Shown one piece after another: positions 39,684 to 50,434 of a stretch of 64,000 nucleotides of DNA (its first letter is position 1; each line of letters starts with the position of its first letter). This DNA comes from Vampirovibrio sp. Lineage in GTDB: Bacteria; Cyanobacteriota; Vampirovibrionia; Vampirovibrionales; JAJTHC01. The stretch covers positions 1,120,635-1,184,634 of the forward strand of contig CP050876.1 of the NCBI GenBank assembly GCA_050916035.1, read 5' to 3'. Position numbers and translations under genes: made by a program. The notes below the pieces were generated by a model, which was not told where the DNA came from, did no database searches, and saw only the letters and a list, made by a program, of their open reading frames with translations.

Positions 39684-40304
39684 ATGGCACCTGTACGAAG
39701 GCTTTTAAAAACGGAGGAGTGGTCTTTATTTTATACGCAGACTCCCCTGCCTCTCTCCTGCCTAAAAGCGGAGCATCACGCCAAGCTTGCCCGCTTAAGC
39801 AATCCGCGTGCGCGTCATCACGCCTTATTGGCTTTGTACTTACGCGAGCAATTTCCTGAAACGGCTCAAGCGGTTTTACCTCGTTTCGCCAGTATTTCCC
39901 ATGGGGAAAATATTGCCGTCATGGCGATGCATGAGGATCCGAAACAAGTCATCGGTGTGGATTTAGAAGCGTCTCATCGTCCTATTCATCCAAGGCTCTT
40001 TGACAAATTGACCCCCAGCCCCCTTGAAAAATCCTGTGTAAAAACCTTACCACTCCTTGCCTTGTGGAGTGTGAAAGAAGCCTTGTGGAAGGCGTGGAAA
40101 AATAATCACTTGGGTTTATTGAAGGACCTCACCATTACGGAAGTGGCGGCATCACGCTTAAGCGTAGATGCTTCTGTCATGCTTTTATTTACAGGCCGTG
40201 CGAGGACGCCTTGTGGAACGATACTGGGCTGGCATTTATATGAAATGGAAATGCCTCAAGCGGGTCAACCCTTGTTTTATGTGGCTGTGGCTACCACCTT
40301 TTAA
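39684..40304 (+). CDS. 4'-phosphopantetheinyl transferase (Sfp/AcpT type)
   Basis: IGVDLE and WSVKEALWKA are PPTase motifs. The start is at MAPVRRLL (39684). The ORF track starts at 39594 and overlaps the upstream gene. Confidence 0.65.
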   Translation: MAPVRRLLKTEEWSLFYTQTPLPLSCLKAEHHAKLARLSNPRARHHALLALYLREQFPETAQAVLPRFASISHGENIAVMAMHEDPKQVIGVDLEASHRPIHPRLFDKLTPSPLEKSCVKTLPLLALWSVKEALWKAWKNNHLGLLKDLTITEVAASRLSVDASVMLLFTGRARTPCGTILGWHLYEMEMPQAGQPLFYVAVATTF

Positions 40305-41073
40305 GGCGACGAATTAAGGTATGTAAGAGATATAAAATAGGAGTAATGCCCAAGGCGACAAGCAGTTTTACTTCGTAATTGGAGCGTCCAATCAGTAAAA
40401 TTTCAGACCACGGCAAGCTTCCCCAAAAGGCAAGACTCGTGACAATAAAAGAATCAAAGGCTTGTGAAATAACGGTAGACCCCGTTGCACGAACGCCAAT
40501 CCACCGAGTCCCCGTCCATTTTTTAAATTGTGCGAAAAGGGCAATGTCGAGAAATTGAGAAATTAAATAGGCAGTGAGTGACGCGACAATCATGCCTGTA
40601 AAATTATGGGCCACTTGATGAAACGCCGTCGCTGAAATGGGAGAATATTCCGCAATGGGGAGCATTTCTAAGAGTCGAAACACCTCATAAAACGCCATGG
40701 CCACGATAAAACCAAGCCATGTAATACGTTGGGCTCCCGCATTACCGTAAAATTCATTGAGTAAATCGGTGAGTAAAAAGGTGACGGGGAAAGTAATAAT
40801 CCCTGCGGAAATGAGGCGTTCCCCTAAAAAAGGAAGCGTTAAAGGGATTAATACGGCTCCCGTTAAGTTGGCCACCATTAAGCAGGTACAAAACACCACC
40901 GCCATGAGCGTATACAACAGGCCCGATTCGTTGACCCCCTGAACTTTGGGGAGAAATACGGCTTTCCAGTTAAGCTTCATTTCAAAGGGAATCCTCATGA
41001 TTGATGCTTCTTTGCCCAATGGACACGAAATAGACAATAGGCTGTATAATAGCATAAAAAAGAAGGGATGCAC
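40291..41073 (-). CDS. queuosine-precursor transporter-like membrane protein (YhhQ/DUF165 family)
   Basis: Polytopic membrane protein. The LISQFLDIALFAQF region resembles YhhQ. The call is tentative. Confidence 0.45.
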   Translation of the reverse strand: MHPFFFMLLYSLLSISCPLGKEASIMRIPFEMKLNWKAVFLPKVQGVNESGLLYTLMAVVFCTCLMVANLTGAVLIPLTLPFLGERLISAGIITFPVTFLLTDLLNEFYGNAGAQRITWLGFIVAMAFYEVFRLLEMLPIAEYSPISATAFHQVAHNFTGMIVASLTAYLISQFLDIALFAQFKKWTGTRWIGVRATGSTVISQAFDSFIVTSLAFWGSLPWSEILLIGRSNYEVKLLVALGITPILYLLHTLIRRLKRW

Positions 41074-41075
41074 CC

Positions 41076-41693
41076 ATGCTGAAACGAATCGTCATTACAG
41101 GGGGCATTGCCTGCGGTAAAAGTACGGTGGGGCGTTTACTTGAAGCAAAAGGTTATGCAGTGGTGGATGCCGACGTACTGGTGCATCAACTTTTGGCGCA
41201 GGATTTTACGGTTCAGCAGGCCTTGCGTACTTATTTTGGGGCGGGCGTTTTTGACGAGAAAACAGACCGACCGTCTCGAACTGCTTTAGCCGAGCGTGTA
41301 TTTTCGAATCCACAGGACAAAACTTTTTTAGAAGGTCTTTTGCATCCCCTCGTGCGGGAGCGCATGGAGGCTTTTTTTCAAGCACACCAAGACCAGTCGC
41401 TTGCCTTTGTGTTGATTCCCCTGTTTTTTGAAGGGGGAGCCCAAGGACAATATGACGACGTATGGTGTGTGGCGTGTGACGAATCTTTGCAGATTCAGCG
41501 CATGCAAACGCATCGTCAAATGAGCTTGCCTCAAATTCAAAGTCGTTTAAGTAGTCAATGGCCGTTGTCTGAAAAAATAAAGCATTCGAATCGGGTGCTT
41601 TGGAATAATACAGACCCGTTGGCTTTAGATTCACAAGTCGAAAAAGCGTTGCAAGAGATACAGGACGAAACAAAAATAAAGCCTGTCCTTTAG
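41076..41693 (+). CDS. coaE: dephospho-CoA kinase
   Basis: N-terminal P-loop ITGGIACGKST and length (205 aa) are typical of CoaE. Confidence 0.8.
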   Translation: MLKRIVITGGIACGKSTVGRLLEAKGYAVVDADVLVHQLLAQDFTVQQALRTYFGAGVFDEKTDRPSRTALAERVFSNPQDKTFLEGLLHPLVRERMEAFFQAHQDQSLAFVLIPLFFEGGAQGQYDDVWCVACDESLQIQRMQTHRQMSLPQIQSRLSSQWPLSEKIKHSNRVLWNNTDPLALDSQVEKALQEIQDETKIKPVL

Positions 41694-41796
41694 TTTTTTA
41701 TAGCGGTGGGGAAATGACTCGCGTTTATTTTAAAATGTATGTTAAAATTAAGCTAAATTGATGTGTTAAAATCTCCCGTTTTGAAAGTGTTTCCCC

Positions 41797-42375
41797 ATGT
41801 CTGTTCTTGATACATCTCATCTTCAGAATCTTTTAGAACAAAGTGAAGCGGAACTGGCCGACGTTCAAGCGCGTATTGTGACCTTAGAAGAAACGCTCGA
41901 AAATTTAGAAGCGCTTCGTCATCAGGTGGAACAATTAAAGGCTTTTCAACAAGGGATTCAGCAGGCCTTAAGCCCTATTTTAGTCAAGGAAGCGCCTTCT
42001 GCTAAACCAAAAATGTCTCGGTCCTATCGGACGTCTTCTTCATTATTGTCGTCTGGCGCGACAGGGGTGTTTCTCCCTGAATTGGCGTTTAAGGAAGCGG
42101 ATGAGGTCTTGCGTCATCGTCAATCGATGAATTACGAAATTTTTAGAGCGGTTGTTTTACAGGGGGGGCAAGCGCACACCAGGGATATCCGCGACTACCT
42201 GATTACTGAAAACATACAGACCCCTCAAGGGAAAGATTTTAAAACGGCTACCTTGTCTGAAATTTCTGCTCGCGTGGCCTATTTGGTTAAGCGCGGGGTG
42301 TTGCGCCCCATTGCACCGGGGCGTTTTCAGTCTTGTTTTGGCTGGGACCCACTTGTTTCGCAATCAACGCCGTAA
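41797..42375 (+). CDS. hypothetical coiled-coil protein (192 aa)
   Basis: N-terminal coiled coil. No domain. Its 3' end overlaps the convergent ORF 42287-44092 by about 89 bp. Confidence 0.35.
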   Translation: MSVLDTSHLQNLLEQSEAELADVQARIVTLEETLENLEALRHQVEQLKAFQQGIQQALSPILVKEAPSAKPKMSRSYRTSSSLLSSGATGVFLPELAFKEADEVLRHRQSMNYEIFRAVVLQGGQAHTRDIRDYLITENIQTPQGKDFKTATLSEISARVAYLVKRGVLRPIAPGRFQSCFGWDPLVSQSTP

Positions 42376-44092
42376 GTAAATCTTGCGCTTGTTTTTCTCT
42401 AAATTGATGCACACGTTTATGGTAGGCTTCAGGCGCTTCCCCTTTTTTAACCCATGCTTTTTGATCGTTTTGAAGGCTGTTGGGAATACTTAGGGGGTAT
42501 TGTATGTCGTTCGCGACGGAAGGCGATAAAACCCCCTTGACATTCTGAACCGAAACGTCGTGCATGCCTTGCCAGTCTTTTTCAGCATCGCTTTGTATTT
42601 CGGTAATATGATGAATCCTTGGAATGAGCTGGGCTTCAGGCATCCAGAGGCTTTGCCCCATGGCGGTGTCGTGCACTTTAAAATCGACCGTCATGGGTTG
42701 ACTCGGATGAGGACGCGTCCCCAAAATTCTTAACACATGGCCTTCTGTAAAGGTACCACTGCTATTAGGGACTTCCACATTGGCGAGTATTTGACCTAAG
42801 GGACTCTGTAAGGCGGAGATGACATTTTTTTTAATCGCACTAAAGGGTTGAGTATAGCCAGCCACTTGATAGGTCGCTTCCTGCGGATTGGGCGTTGTAC
42901 TCAGGGTGTCAATCTGTTGGAAGCTTACATTTTCAAGCTTTACTTGGTCTTCCATAATACGCTCCATCATCAATTGCTCTTCTTGACTCAAGCCCGCACT
43001 GTGATGCGTCAGGCTTTGCCTAATCGTTTGAGCCTCTTGAGGGGAAAGGTCTTTGAGTGTAGCGAGTAATGCGTTGACTTGCGCTTCAATTTTATCGGGT
43101 CGATGAGGACTTTGATTCAAAACACGGTTAAAGGCTTCTTTGTCACGCGGCGTCAGCGACGGCATTTGATTAATGGTGGCACTGGCTTGATTGAGGCTGT
43201 CGCGTTGGTCGGTTCCTGCATCGTAACTTTTGGCAGAAAAATTATACAATAAGGCGGTTTCTAATAAGGTTTCAGCCCCTGAAGCAGAAGGTCCTTTTTC
43301 TAAGAGTGAAGCGTCCTGTGCGTTCATGGCGCGAAGCGTGCCTAGAGTGGGCACAGGTAAAGACACTTGAAAGCTGGGGACTTCTCCTTCATGCTGGGGA
43401 GGAAGGATTTTATAATCTAAATTTAAATCCTGCAGCACTTGTTCCGCCAAAATAGGCGCGGTCGGGAAGAGCTCATCCGCCTTCAGCTTTTCATGCATAT
43501 TGTGACTAGGGGCAGAGGCTTCATAAATGAGACGCGCCACTTCTTTAGGGTGTTGATCCGCCAAGCGGGCCACTTCGGCAGTGACTGCACAGGTATTGAG
43601 TTGCTTGACGGCTAAAGCATCCGTACTTGTGGGAACGGGCAGGGGCTGTTGTTGATACGTATCATGAGTCGGATTGAGATAAGCGGAGAGCATTAACGAT
43701 TGATACAGGGGACTTAACGGCGGCGTATTTTGTGTTAAGTGATCAGGGCGCGTTAATAAATCAAGGGTTTCGCCGACCGTTTTTTCAGCATCCAGACCAG
43801 GGAGGCAGGGTTCGTTTAATCGTTTTTGTAGATAATACAGGGTTGAATGTTGGTCATCTCCGCGTTGATCGCTCAAGGCGCCTTGGTACAGTAGCTGTCG
43901 CAACGCATTTTGGCGAGCGGGATCGGAGGCAAAACGAGATTCCAACTGCCGAAACCACTGAATTCGCTCAGGAATGCTTTCCGTAATTTCAGGCTTCTCC
44001 TGTGAGGTGTTTTGCTTGGTCACGGCGGGTGATGGTGCAAGCACCTTTTGGGGGAAAGCGTTTAAATAAGAAGAATCGACAGAAGTAAGCAT
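42287..44092 (-). CDS. hypothetical protein (601 aa)
   Basis: Long ORF with no recognisable domains. Confidence 0.4.
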   Translation of the reverse strand: MLTSVDSSYLNAFPQKVLAPSPAVTKQNTSQEKPEITESIPERIQWFRQLESRFASDPARQNALRQLLYQGALSDQRGDDQHSTLYYLQKRLNEPCLPGLDAEKTVGETLDLLTRPDHLTQNTPPLSPLYQSLMLSAYLNPTHDTYQQQPLPVPTSTDALAVKQLNTCAVTAEVARLADQHPKEVARLIYEASAPSHNMHEKLKADELFPTAPILAEQVLQDLNLDYKILPPQHEGEVPSFQVSLPVPTLGTLRAMNAQDASLLEKGPSASGAETLLETALLYNFSAKSYDAGTDQRDSLNQASATINQMPSLTPRDKEAFNRVLNQSPHRPDKIEAQVNALLATLKDLSPQEAQTIRQSLTHHSAGLSQEEQLMMERIMEDQVKLENVSFQQIDTLSTTPNPQEATYQVAGYTQPFSAIKKNVISALQSPLGQILANVEVPNSSGTFTEGHVLRILGTRPHPSQPMTVDFKVHDTAMGQSLWMPEAQLIPRIHHITEIQSDAEKDWQGMHDVSVQNVKGVLSPSVANDIQYPLSIPNSLQNDQKAWVKKGEAPEAYHKRVHQFREKQAQDLLTALIAKQVGPSQNKTENAPVQWGATPRA

Positions 44093-44451
44093 GACGAAAC
44101 CTTTGTAAGAAAAGAGGGATTAAAGCGCATAAGACACCATAAGCGACAGTAGTATTATAACAAAAATAATAAAAGTATCAAATGTATATTTAATTGTAGC
44201 ATCAATGTTTTATTCCTGGATTGTTAAAGGGTTATTTTAGTTCATTCGCTTTTAGCCTTTATGTTTGAATACATCAAACGGTTCTTAGGAAATGTGCTAT
44301 ATTGGAAGAGTCAAGATGTTTTATTTTGTCGTCCGCTGTTTATTTCTAATCTCAACGAGATAAGATTTTTTAATGACGTGTTTTGACTTTTTTTCTGTTC
44401 TTACAGAAAAATATAAGGGTAAATGTTATAGAGAGAAAGAGAGATCTCTAA

Positions 44452-46176
44452 ATGACTGTAAAAATCGATCGTTGGAATCCCAGCATTTTAAGAAAAGATG
44501 TCACGGCGGGCATGATTACAGGCTTAATGGCTATCCCGATTACCGTTGGGATTTGTTTGATGTCTGAATTTCCTGTACAGACGGGTTTACTGACGGTGGT
44601 TTGTGCCTGTATCATTAGTTTTATCACGTCTTTCTTTCGCCCTGGTAACCACACGGGTGTGCCTGGCGTAGCGGCAGGTTTAGCTCCTGTTTTGGCGTTG
44701 GGGATTCATCAATTTGGTATGGTCAACATGCCTTTTTTAATTGCATTAACAGCGTTAATTCAAATGCTCGTCTGGTCCAATGGATGGGAAAAATACATTT
44801 TAAAAGCCGTTCCTTCTTTTTTAGTGGAAGGTTTACTCGCAGGGGTGGGGGCGAAAATTGCTTTGAAGTTTTTGCCTTATACCTATGAAACAATTCACGC
44901 GTCGACGGGAAAGTACTGGTTGTCCCAAGAACGCTTAGAAGTAATTTGTATTTCTCTTCTGTCTATGGGTTTATTTTTGTGGCTTTTTAATACCTTTAAA
45001 AAAACAAATCCTGGTTTGCCCTATATTATCACCATTGTGGTGGGGGTCTTAATGGCTGCTTTTTTCCCACTGCCCATGTTGCATATTGAACATTTGCCGA
45101 TTCATTTTAACTGGCCTTTGCCGAATATTGATATGCATCATCCTTCGGTTTTAATTCACATGGCGGGCTACGCGTTGATGCTAGCGACCATTGATATCAT
45201 TGAACAAGTCATGTGTAATGTGGCCATTGGGAAGATGGATCCTTTACAGCGCCCTGTTTCTAGTAACAATAGCTTATTAGCGATTTGGATTTCAAATTTA
45301 CTGTCGAGCTTATTCGGTGGGATGACCAATTTAGATGGTCTCGCGAAAAGTACCACCAATACCACCGCAGGGGCAATCACCAAAACGTCTAATTTAATCA
45401 CGGCAGGGGTTTTATTATTCTTTGTATTTAATCATCATTTGCTGGAATACTTACCGCAGTTTTCCCTTGCGGTTTTGATGATTTTTGCTGGACTTAAAAT
45501 GGTAGCGGGCATTACCCATGTGGCGGCAGAAGGGAAGTATGCCTTTATGCTGTCCTTATTCTGCGGAATCTTTGTTTTTGAAATGGGTATTTTTGAAGGG
45601 CTTTTACTGTCGTTGGCGATTCATGTTTTGGTGACTTATATGATGTATCGTCACCAGCAAACGCCTACCATGACGATGCTTCGTCACTTGTTTGAAAAAT
45701 TTATGGATGACCCCATTGAACTGGCCTTAGACAATACGGCCATTGAAACGGATACCTTTACAGGCGGCAAACGTTACCGCACACTGCGCAAGTTACCGTC
45801 GGATCGTAAATTGTTTGAACGTTTTATTGAAGATTGGGCCGTTGCACTGAATAGTCATAGTCTTTTGCAAATTGTTAATTTATATGACTATGATGCGTTG
45901 CTATGGGGGACTTTTGCCAAAGAACTAGGCAGTGGCCATGTCCCGATTAAAAAGTATTTTGAACATCTCTTAGAACTTGAAGATTTAACCGTTACGTTTC
46001 AAAGTGGTGAAACACGCCAATATAATGATGTATATGTTCAGTCAGGCTCCTATGAATTTACCTACATTAAGCGTGGACATGTCATTAAAGTGCCTGCACG
46101 TTATACCTTTGTGTGTAAAAAATATATGAACAGTTGGTGCATTGTGGAACATCACTCGTCTGAATTTCCTGCTTAG
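44452..46176 (+). CDS. SulP-family-like anion transporter membrane protein with C-terminal cytoplasmic domain
   Basis: The N-terminal DVTAGMITGLMAIPITVGI pattern resembles SulP/MFS-superfamily permeases. Many TM helices, then a roughly 170-aa soluble tail. 574 aa. Confidence 0.45.
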   Translation: MTVKIDRWNPSILRKDVTAGMITGLMAIPITVGICLMSEFPVQTGLLTVVCACIISFITSFFRPGNHTGVPGVAAGLAPVLALGIHQFGMVNMPFLIALTALIQMLVWSNGWEKYILKAVPSFLVEGLLAGVGAKIALKFLPYTYETIHASTGKYWLSQERLEVICISLLSMGLFLWLFNTFKKTNPGLPYIITIVVGVLMAAFFPLPMLHIEHLPIHFNWPLPNIDMHHPSVLIHMAGYALMLATIDIIEQVMCNVAIGKMDPLQRPVSSNNSLLAIWISNLLSSLFGGMTNLDGLAKSTTNTTAGAITKTSNLITAGVLLFFVFNHHLLEYLPQFSLAVLMIFAGLKMVAGITHVAAEGKYAFMLSLFCGIFVFEMGIFEGLLLSLAIHVLVTYMMYRHQQTPTMTMLRHLFEKFMDDPIELALDNTAIETDTFTGGKRYRTLRKLPSDRKLFERFIEDWAVALNSHSLLQIVNLYDYDALLWGTFAKELGSGHVPIKKYFEHLLELEDLTVTFQSGETRQYNDVYVQSGSYEFTYIKRGHVIKVPARYTFVCKKYMNSWCIVEHHSSEFPA

Positions 46177-46224
46177 CCTAGCCTCTCCCTTAAATTAGTA
46201 ATCATCATCGAAAGGAAAATACTT

Positions 46225-47124
46225 ATGTCTGCTTTAACTGTACTCGAAGCCTCCATTATTGGTGCGGGAGGTCTCGTATTTCTTCTCTTCTGGCAAAGCT
46301 TATACACCGTTTCACAAGGTAATGTGGCGGTGATTACCTCTTTTGGAAAATATGTACGAAGTGCCTCACCAGGTGTACATTTTAAGAATCCCTTTACGGA
46401 ACAAATTTTCAAACGCATTTCGATTCAAAATAAAGCCATTGAAATTGAATTTACCGCGATTACGGAAGACCAAGCCAATGTTGATTTTAAGGCAATGCTT
46501 TTGTATTCCACCTTGGATGGTTCAGAAGATACCATTAAAAAAGTAGCCTTTAAATTCATTGATGAAGCCAACTTTATGCAAGCGTTGATTCGAAGTGTGG
46601 AAGGATCTATTCGGGCGTTTGTGGCACGGAAAAAGCAAAATGAAATTCTCGGTGTGCGGGAAGAAATTGTGCAAGAAGTCAAACAACACTTAGACGCACG
46701 CTTGGCGAGCTGGGGATATTGCTTAATTGATTTACAAATCAACGATATTTTATTTGATGAAGCGGTAATGCGTTCTATGGCACAGGTGGTGGCGAGCGAA
46801 AATTTAAAATTAGCGGCCTTAAATGAAGGCGAAGCCGTTTTAATTAAAGAAACCAAACGTGCAGAATCTCAAAAAATTTCAACGATTTTAAAAAGCGAAG
46901 GCATTGCCAAGCGCGAAGAAATTTTATCGATTGAACGAGTTAAAGTGGCAGAACGTTTAAAAAATGCCAATTTAGACTACAGCATTATGCAGCTGACCAG
47001 TTGGGTGGAAGCCATGAAATATATTGCGGAACATGGTTCTGGCAATACACTCTTCTTTGATGCGGGTCCTGAAGGCTTAGACAAATATGCGAAAAGAATT
47101 CAAAGTCAACAGCCACATGCCTAG
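46225..47124 (+). CDS. SPFH/band-7 (stomatin/prohibitin-like) domain protein
   Basis: N-terminal TM helix then VAVITSFGKY..SPGVHFKNPF SPFH core. 299 aa. Confidence 0.7.
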   Translation: MSALTVLEASIIGAGGLVFLLFWQSLYTVSQGNVAVITSFGKYVRSASPGVHFKNPFTEQIFKRISIQNKAIEIEFTAITEDQANVDFKAMLLYSTLDGSEDTIKKVAFKFIDEANFMQALIRSVEGSIRAFVARKKQNEILGVREEIVQEVKQHLDARLASWGYCLIDLQINDILFDEAVMRSMAQVVASENLKLAALNEGEAVLIKETKRAESQKISTILKSEGIAKREEILSIERVKVAERLKNANLDYSIMQLTSWVEAMKYIAEHGSGNTLFFDAGPEGLDKYAKRIQSQQPHA

Positions 47125-47149
47125 CATAATCAATTCACCTAAAATAAAA

Positions 47150-47170
47150 CCCTACCTTCCGAAGGTAGGG
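47150..47170. terminator. possible bidirectional terminator hairpin
   Basis: CCCTACC-ttccgaa-GGTAGGG with a T-run on the minus strand (tttattttagg) and a weaker U-tract on plus. It lies between the SPFH (+) and paralog C (-) gene ends. Confidence 0.35.
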
Positions 47171-47385
47171 AACATGGCTTTATAAGTGTTGAGAATCACC
47201 TACAAAGATTGAGAGTAAAATTTCATCTTATTTCTAAACAATTAAATCACAACATTATCAGTAGAAAGAGAGCATAAATGCCATGAGTCAGGGGGACATG
47301 AGGTCTATTCATGGCATAAGTTTCCTAAGCGTAAGAGAGAGAGAGAGAGAAAGAGTCGCCTATTCCGTGGCATTTTGTTTTAGAC

Positions 47386-47973
47386 TTATTTCCCAATACT
47401 TATAATGGATAAAGCAACCAAAATCAAGGCATTGACGTTGTCAGGGAGAGAAATCCCTAAGAAATTATTTGGGTTCCCTTGAGCCGTCCCCAGCGTATTG
47501 CCGTTAGCATCACAATTGCCCGTCTTGTAATCACTTTGGCCATAGTTGGGCGTGTTCCAGTAAGATCCTACTTGAGGCTTTAACATTTGATAAGGATCGT
47601 TTTGAGTCGTTGGATTAGCATAAGGCGTTGGATGCTGGCCTTTCATTTGCTGCAGGCCCATGCCCATCAATCGGCTGGCCATCATAAAACCTTTAATAAA
47701 ATCAGGCGAACTGGCTGGATTTTGTGTGTAGCCCCCACCATACGTTTTATTTTGACCATATTGAGGTTGTAATAACGAAGGAGCATAACTGTTGTCGGTA
47801 GGGGGGGTGGCTCCGTAATTTAATCCAAGTGCATTGCTTGAATTTGAATACCCATTAAGCGGAAACACCCCAAAAAATCCTTGTGGTAGAGCATTCATAT
47901 AATTATTACTTTGTAATGAACCCATTCTATAAACTCCTTTTATCCCATTTTGCCTTACACACGCTTCATTCAA
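47386..47973 (-). CDS. low-complexity (N/Q/G/Y/P-rich) protein with C-terminal TM anchor; paralog C of the family
   Basis: Composition and Met-Gly/Ser start resemble the N-termini of the two YWGDPH proteins. C-terminal helix ALILVALSIISIG. Likely start at MGSLQS (47925). Confidence 0.45.
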   Translation of the reverse strand: MNEACVRQNGIKGVYRMGSLQSNNYMNALPQGFFGVFPLNGYSNSSNALGLNYGATPPTDNSYAPSLLQPQYGQNKTYGGGYTQNPASSPDFIKGFMMASRLMGMGLQQMKGQHPTPYANPTTQNDPYQMLKPQVGSYWNTPNYGQSDYKTGNCDANGNTLGTAQGNPNNFLGISLPDNVNALILVALSIISIGK

Positions 47974-48399
47974 TACAAATAAGGTGCTTGGCTCCCTTAT
48001 CTTAAAAAACGATAGGCTTTAGCTAGCCGTTACTTAAATGCGGTCCCTCCCTGTTTTAAATCGATATTTGATAAGCCGTCCGTTTTTTGTAAACGTCCTT
48101 GATCAAACGCGTGGCTCTATGATTTTAAAGCGTCGTTTACGATCTTTTGTTTTTAATACCGTCTATTAAAAACATGGAAGCTTCATCCTTGAAGTTTTAC
48201 GCCGTACACAAAAGCGTATTTACACATCCTTATCAAAATCTTATTGATGTCCCTCTGCTTGAATAAAGTGAAAGGAAGCATCCAAATTGCGTATTTGAAA
48301 CATTTCGTTACAAAAAGAGCCTGTTCTTGATTGAAAGGGATGAAAGGCAAGGCCTAAATCCTTAGACAATCGCTGCTTTTTCAGAGTGAACGCTAAAAT

Positions 48400-49374
48400 T
48401 TACACGTCCAAAAGACTGGCTTTTTTATAGGTCGAAATATCTTTTTTTAAGCCACTGCGAGCTTCGTTGTCTTCATCAAAACCTTCACCTAAAATTCCAC
48501 TAGGCAGGACACCATCACTATTGACGCCCTTGCTTTTGGTTGAAATATCAGTGTCTAGGTACTTCACGGGACTACCATCGGCATTTTTATGTTCGCTGGT
48601 GACAATGCTAACATCTAGGTTATATTCCCCTGTCTCACCCGTTCGTACGGTGAGTTTGTTCCCGTCAAAACGGACTTGGGTGCTGTCGCTTAAGGTGACG
48701 ACTTCGCCTGAACCTAAGGGTTTACCATTGACCATCGGGCCTCCATAGGCACTGAAGGTAATACCTACATTGCCAAGGGCAATACCCACTTTGTCGGTGA
48801 CTTCAATACCCCATTGGTCATATTTTTTATGTTCGGCATTCACCGCGATATTGGTGTCCTTTAAGAGTTGGAAAATGCCTTCGCCTTTCACAACAAAGTT
48901 GTCTTGGCGCTGGTTCCCTTTGTCGGAACGATCGGCATCAGCGACGTGAGGATCCCCCCAGTAACTACTATGCTCGTTGGCGGCTACCACAGGTCTAGGT
49001 TTAGGGATGACCACAGGAGGGATTGTCACTGGTGGTGGTGGATCTTTTTTAATAGGGGTATTGTACACGTTGGCATATTGAGGCACGACAGGATTATCTC
49101 CCCAACCGCTTGACCAGCCCCCACCACGAGGGATTTGAACACGAGGATCCACCGCGTAGCGTAAGCGAGGATCCACTTGCGAAGCATGCAAATAAGGGTT
49201 TAGGGTTGTGAATTGCTGTACCGTATTGGTCGTGAAGCCATAACTGGGTCGAGGATCGGTGGGTATCGACGCATAAGGAGGGTAAGGGGTTCTCATGCTA
49301 TTGGTGGCATTGAGATAAGGATTTTGCATATAAGGGGATGTAGGGGAGGTGGTATAGGGATTAAACATAGTCAT
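48400..49374 (-). CDS. membrane protein with low-complexity N-terminus and YWGDPH (VWD-like) domain; paralog B
   Basis: HSSYWGDPHVADADR and C-terminal LPSGILGEGFDEDNEAR are homologous to paralog A. Start at MTMFNPYT (49374). The ORF track extends to 49566. Confidence 0.6.
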   Translation of the reverse strand: MTMFNPYTTSPTSPYMQNPYLNATNSMRTPYPPYASIPTDPRPSYGFTTNTVQQFTTLNPYLHASQVDPRLRYAVDPRVQIPRGGGWSSGWGDNPVVPQYANVYNTPIKKDPPPPVTIPPVVIPKPRPVVAANEHSSYWGDPHVADADRSDKGNQRQDNFVVKGEGIFQLLKDTNIAVNAEHKKYDQWGIEVTDKVGIALGNVGITFSAYGGPMVNGKPLGSGEVVTLSDSTQVRFDGNKLTVRTGETGEYNLDVSIVTSEHKNADGSPVKYLDTDISTKSKGVNSDGVLPSGILGEGFDEDNEARSGLKKDISTYKKASLLDV

Positions 49375-49674
49375 AATTAATGATGTCTTTATGAAGGGTT
49401 TGATTAGGGGAATTCTGTAAAGGGAGAGAGAGGAGGAGAAGGGAGGAAGGGAAATCTGAACATAGGGAAGGGATTCGTATCTTAATAAAGTTTTAAAAAT
49501 ACGAAAAGTGCGCGAATGTTTACACTTTGTAACATTATGTTCATTCTCCCTGATAAGCACTTGCAAATCCCTTATAAATAGGGCATATTATAAAGTGTAA
49601 AGCTTTTCTTTTTTTATCTTTTTTTATCTCTCTTTTTGTAGCAATCAATGTAACCGTTTAGGGAATAAGCTCAT

Positions 49675-50334
49675 ATGACTCAATGTTCTATGGATGTGTA
49701 CCGTCGTGTTAAGGCGGGGTTTGCTCCTGCCTTTCAATTTGTTGTGGACAGCTGGAAACCGTGGATGCTTATTACGCTGCATCGTGTTCGTCAGCACTCT
49801 TCTTTACATCAACAATTATTGGATGTGGAAGAATTGTGGAATGAAGCGTTGCATGGCTTACATCATGCGGTGACTCATTTAAATGAGTCGTTTGAACCGC
49901 CACAATGCCAAAGCTATATTCGCATGACCATTCGTTTTGCGTTATGGCGATATGCAGAACAGCAATTAAAGCATCGTATGGCTTGTCAATCCGATGTTTT
50001 AGAGGTCACCATGAACCGACAATCGCTCTGTGAAAGTATTCATCAATTGGATGCCCTCATTCAAGAAGAAACCCATACCGCTTTAAAAGGAGTGGTACGT
50101 AAATACTGTACGCCTGATGAACAGCGTTACCTTTTTCAACGTTTTGGTATGATTCCAGATCCGAACTCTCCCTTAAGTGCTCAGAATGTCTTGAAAGATG
50201 TTCAGGATTCTATGCAAAGTCTCCGCCGTCTGGCTCATATTTTAGGGGTGAGTTATCAAGCCTTACAACGTAAAGAACGTCGCTTGCTTAAACGTTTACG
50301 ACATTTATTGACCCGACATCATTTAAAAAATTAG
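49675..50334 (+). CDS. RNA polymerase sigma factor, sigma-70 family (regions 2 and 4 only; sigma-28/ECF-like size)
   Basis: Region 4 HTH ILGVSYQALQRKERRLLKRLR. Region-2-like YIRMTIRFALWRY. 219 aa. Confidence 0.5.
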   Translation: MTQCSMDVYRRVKAGFAPAFQFVVDSWKPWMLITLHRVRQHSSLHQQLLDVEELWNEALHGLHHAVTHLNESFEPPQCQSYIRMTIRFALWRYAEQQLKHRMACQSDVLEVTMNRQSLCESIHQLDALIQEETHTALKGVVRKYCTPDEQRYLFQRFGMIPDPNSPLSAQNVLKDVQDSMQSLRRLAHILGVSYQALQRKERRLLKRLRHLLTRHHLKN

Positions 50335-50434
50335 CGAAAATAATGAACCTCCTACACTCCACCAAGCACAGGGGGCGTTAAAGACTTTGACTCCCTACGT
50401 CGAAAGAAGTCTTTATGAGCCTTGAAATTTAAAC

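Noticed and set aside
41797-42375. Possible winged-helix or regulator assignment for the 192-aa coiled-coil protein
   Set aside because: Only a vague C-terminal resemblance (VAYLVKRGVLRPI) with no defined motif. Left as hypothetical.
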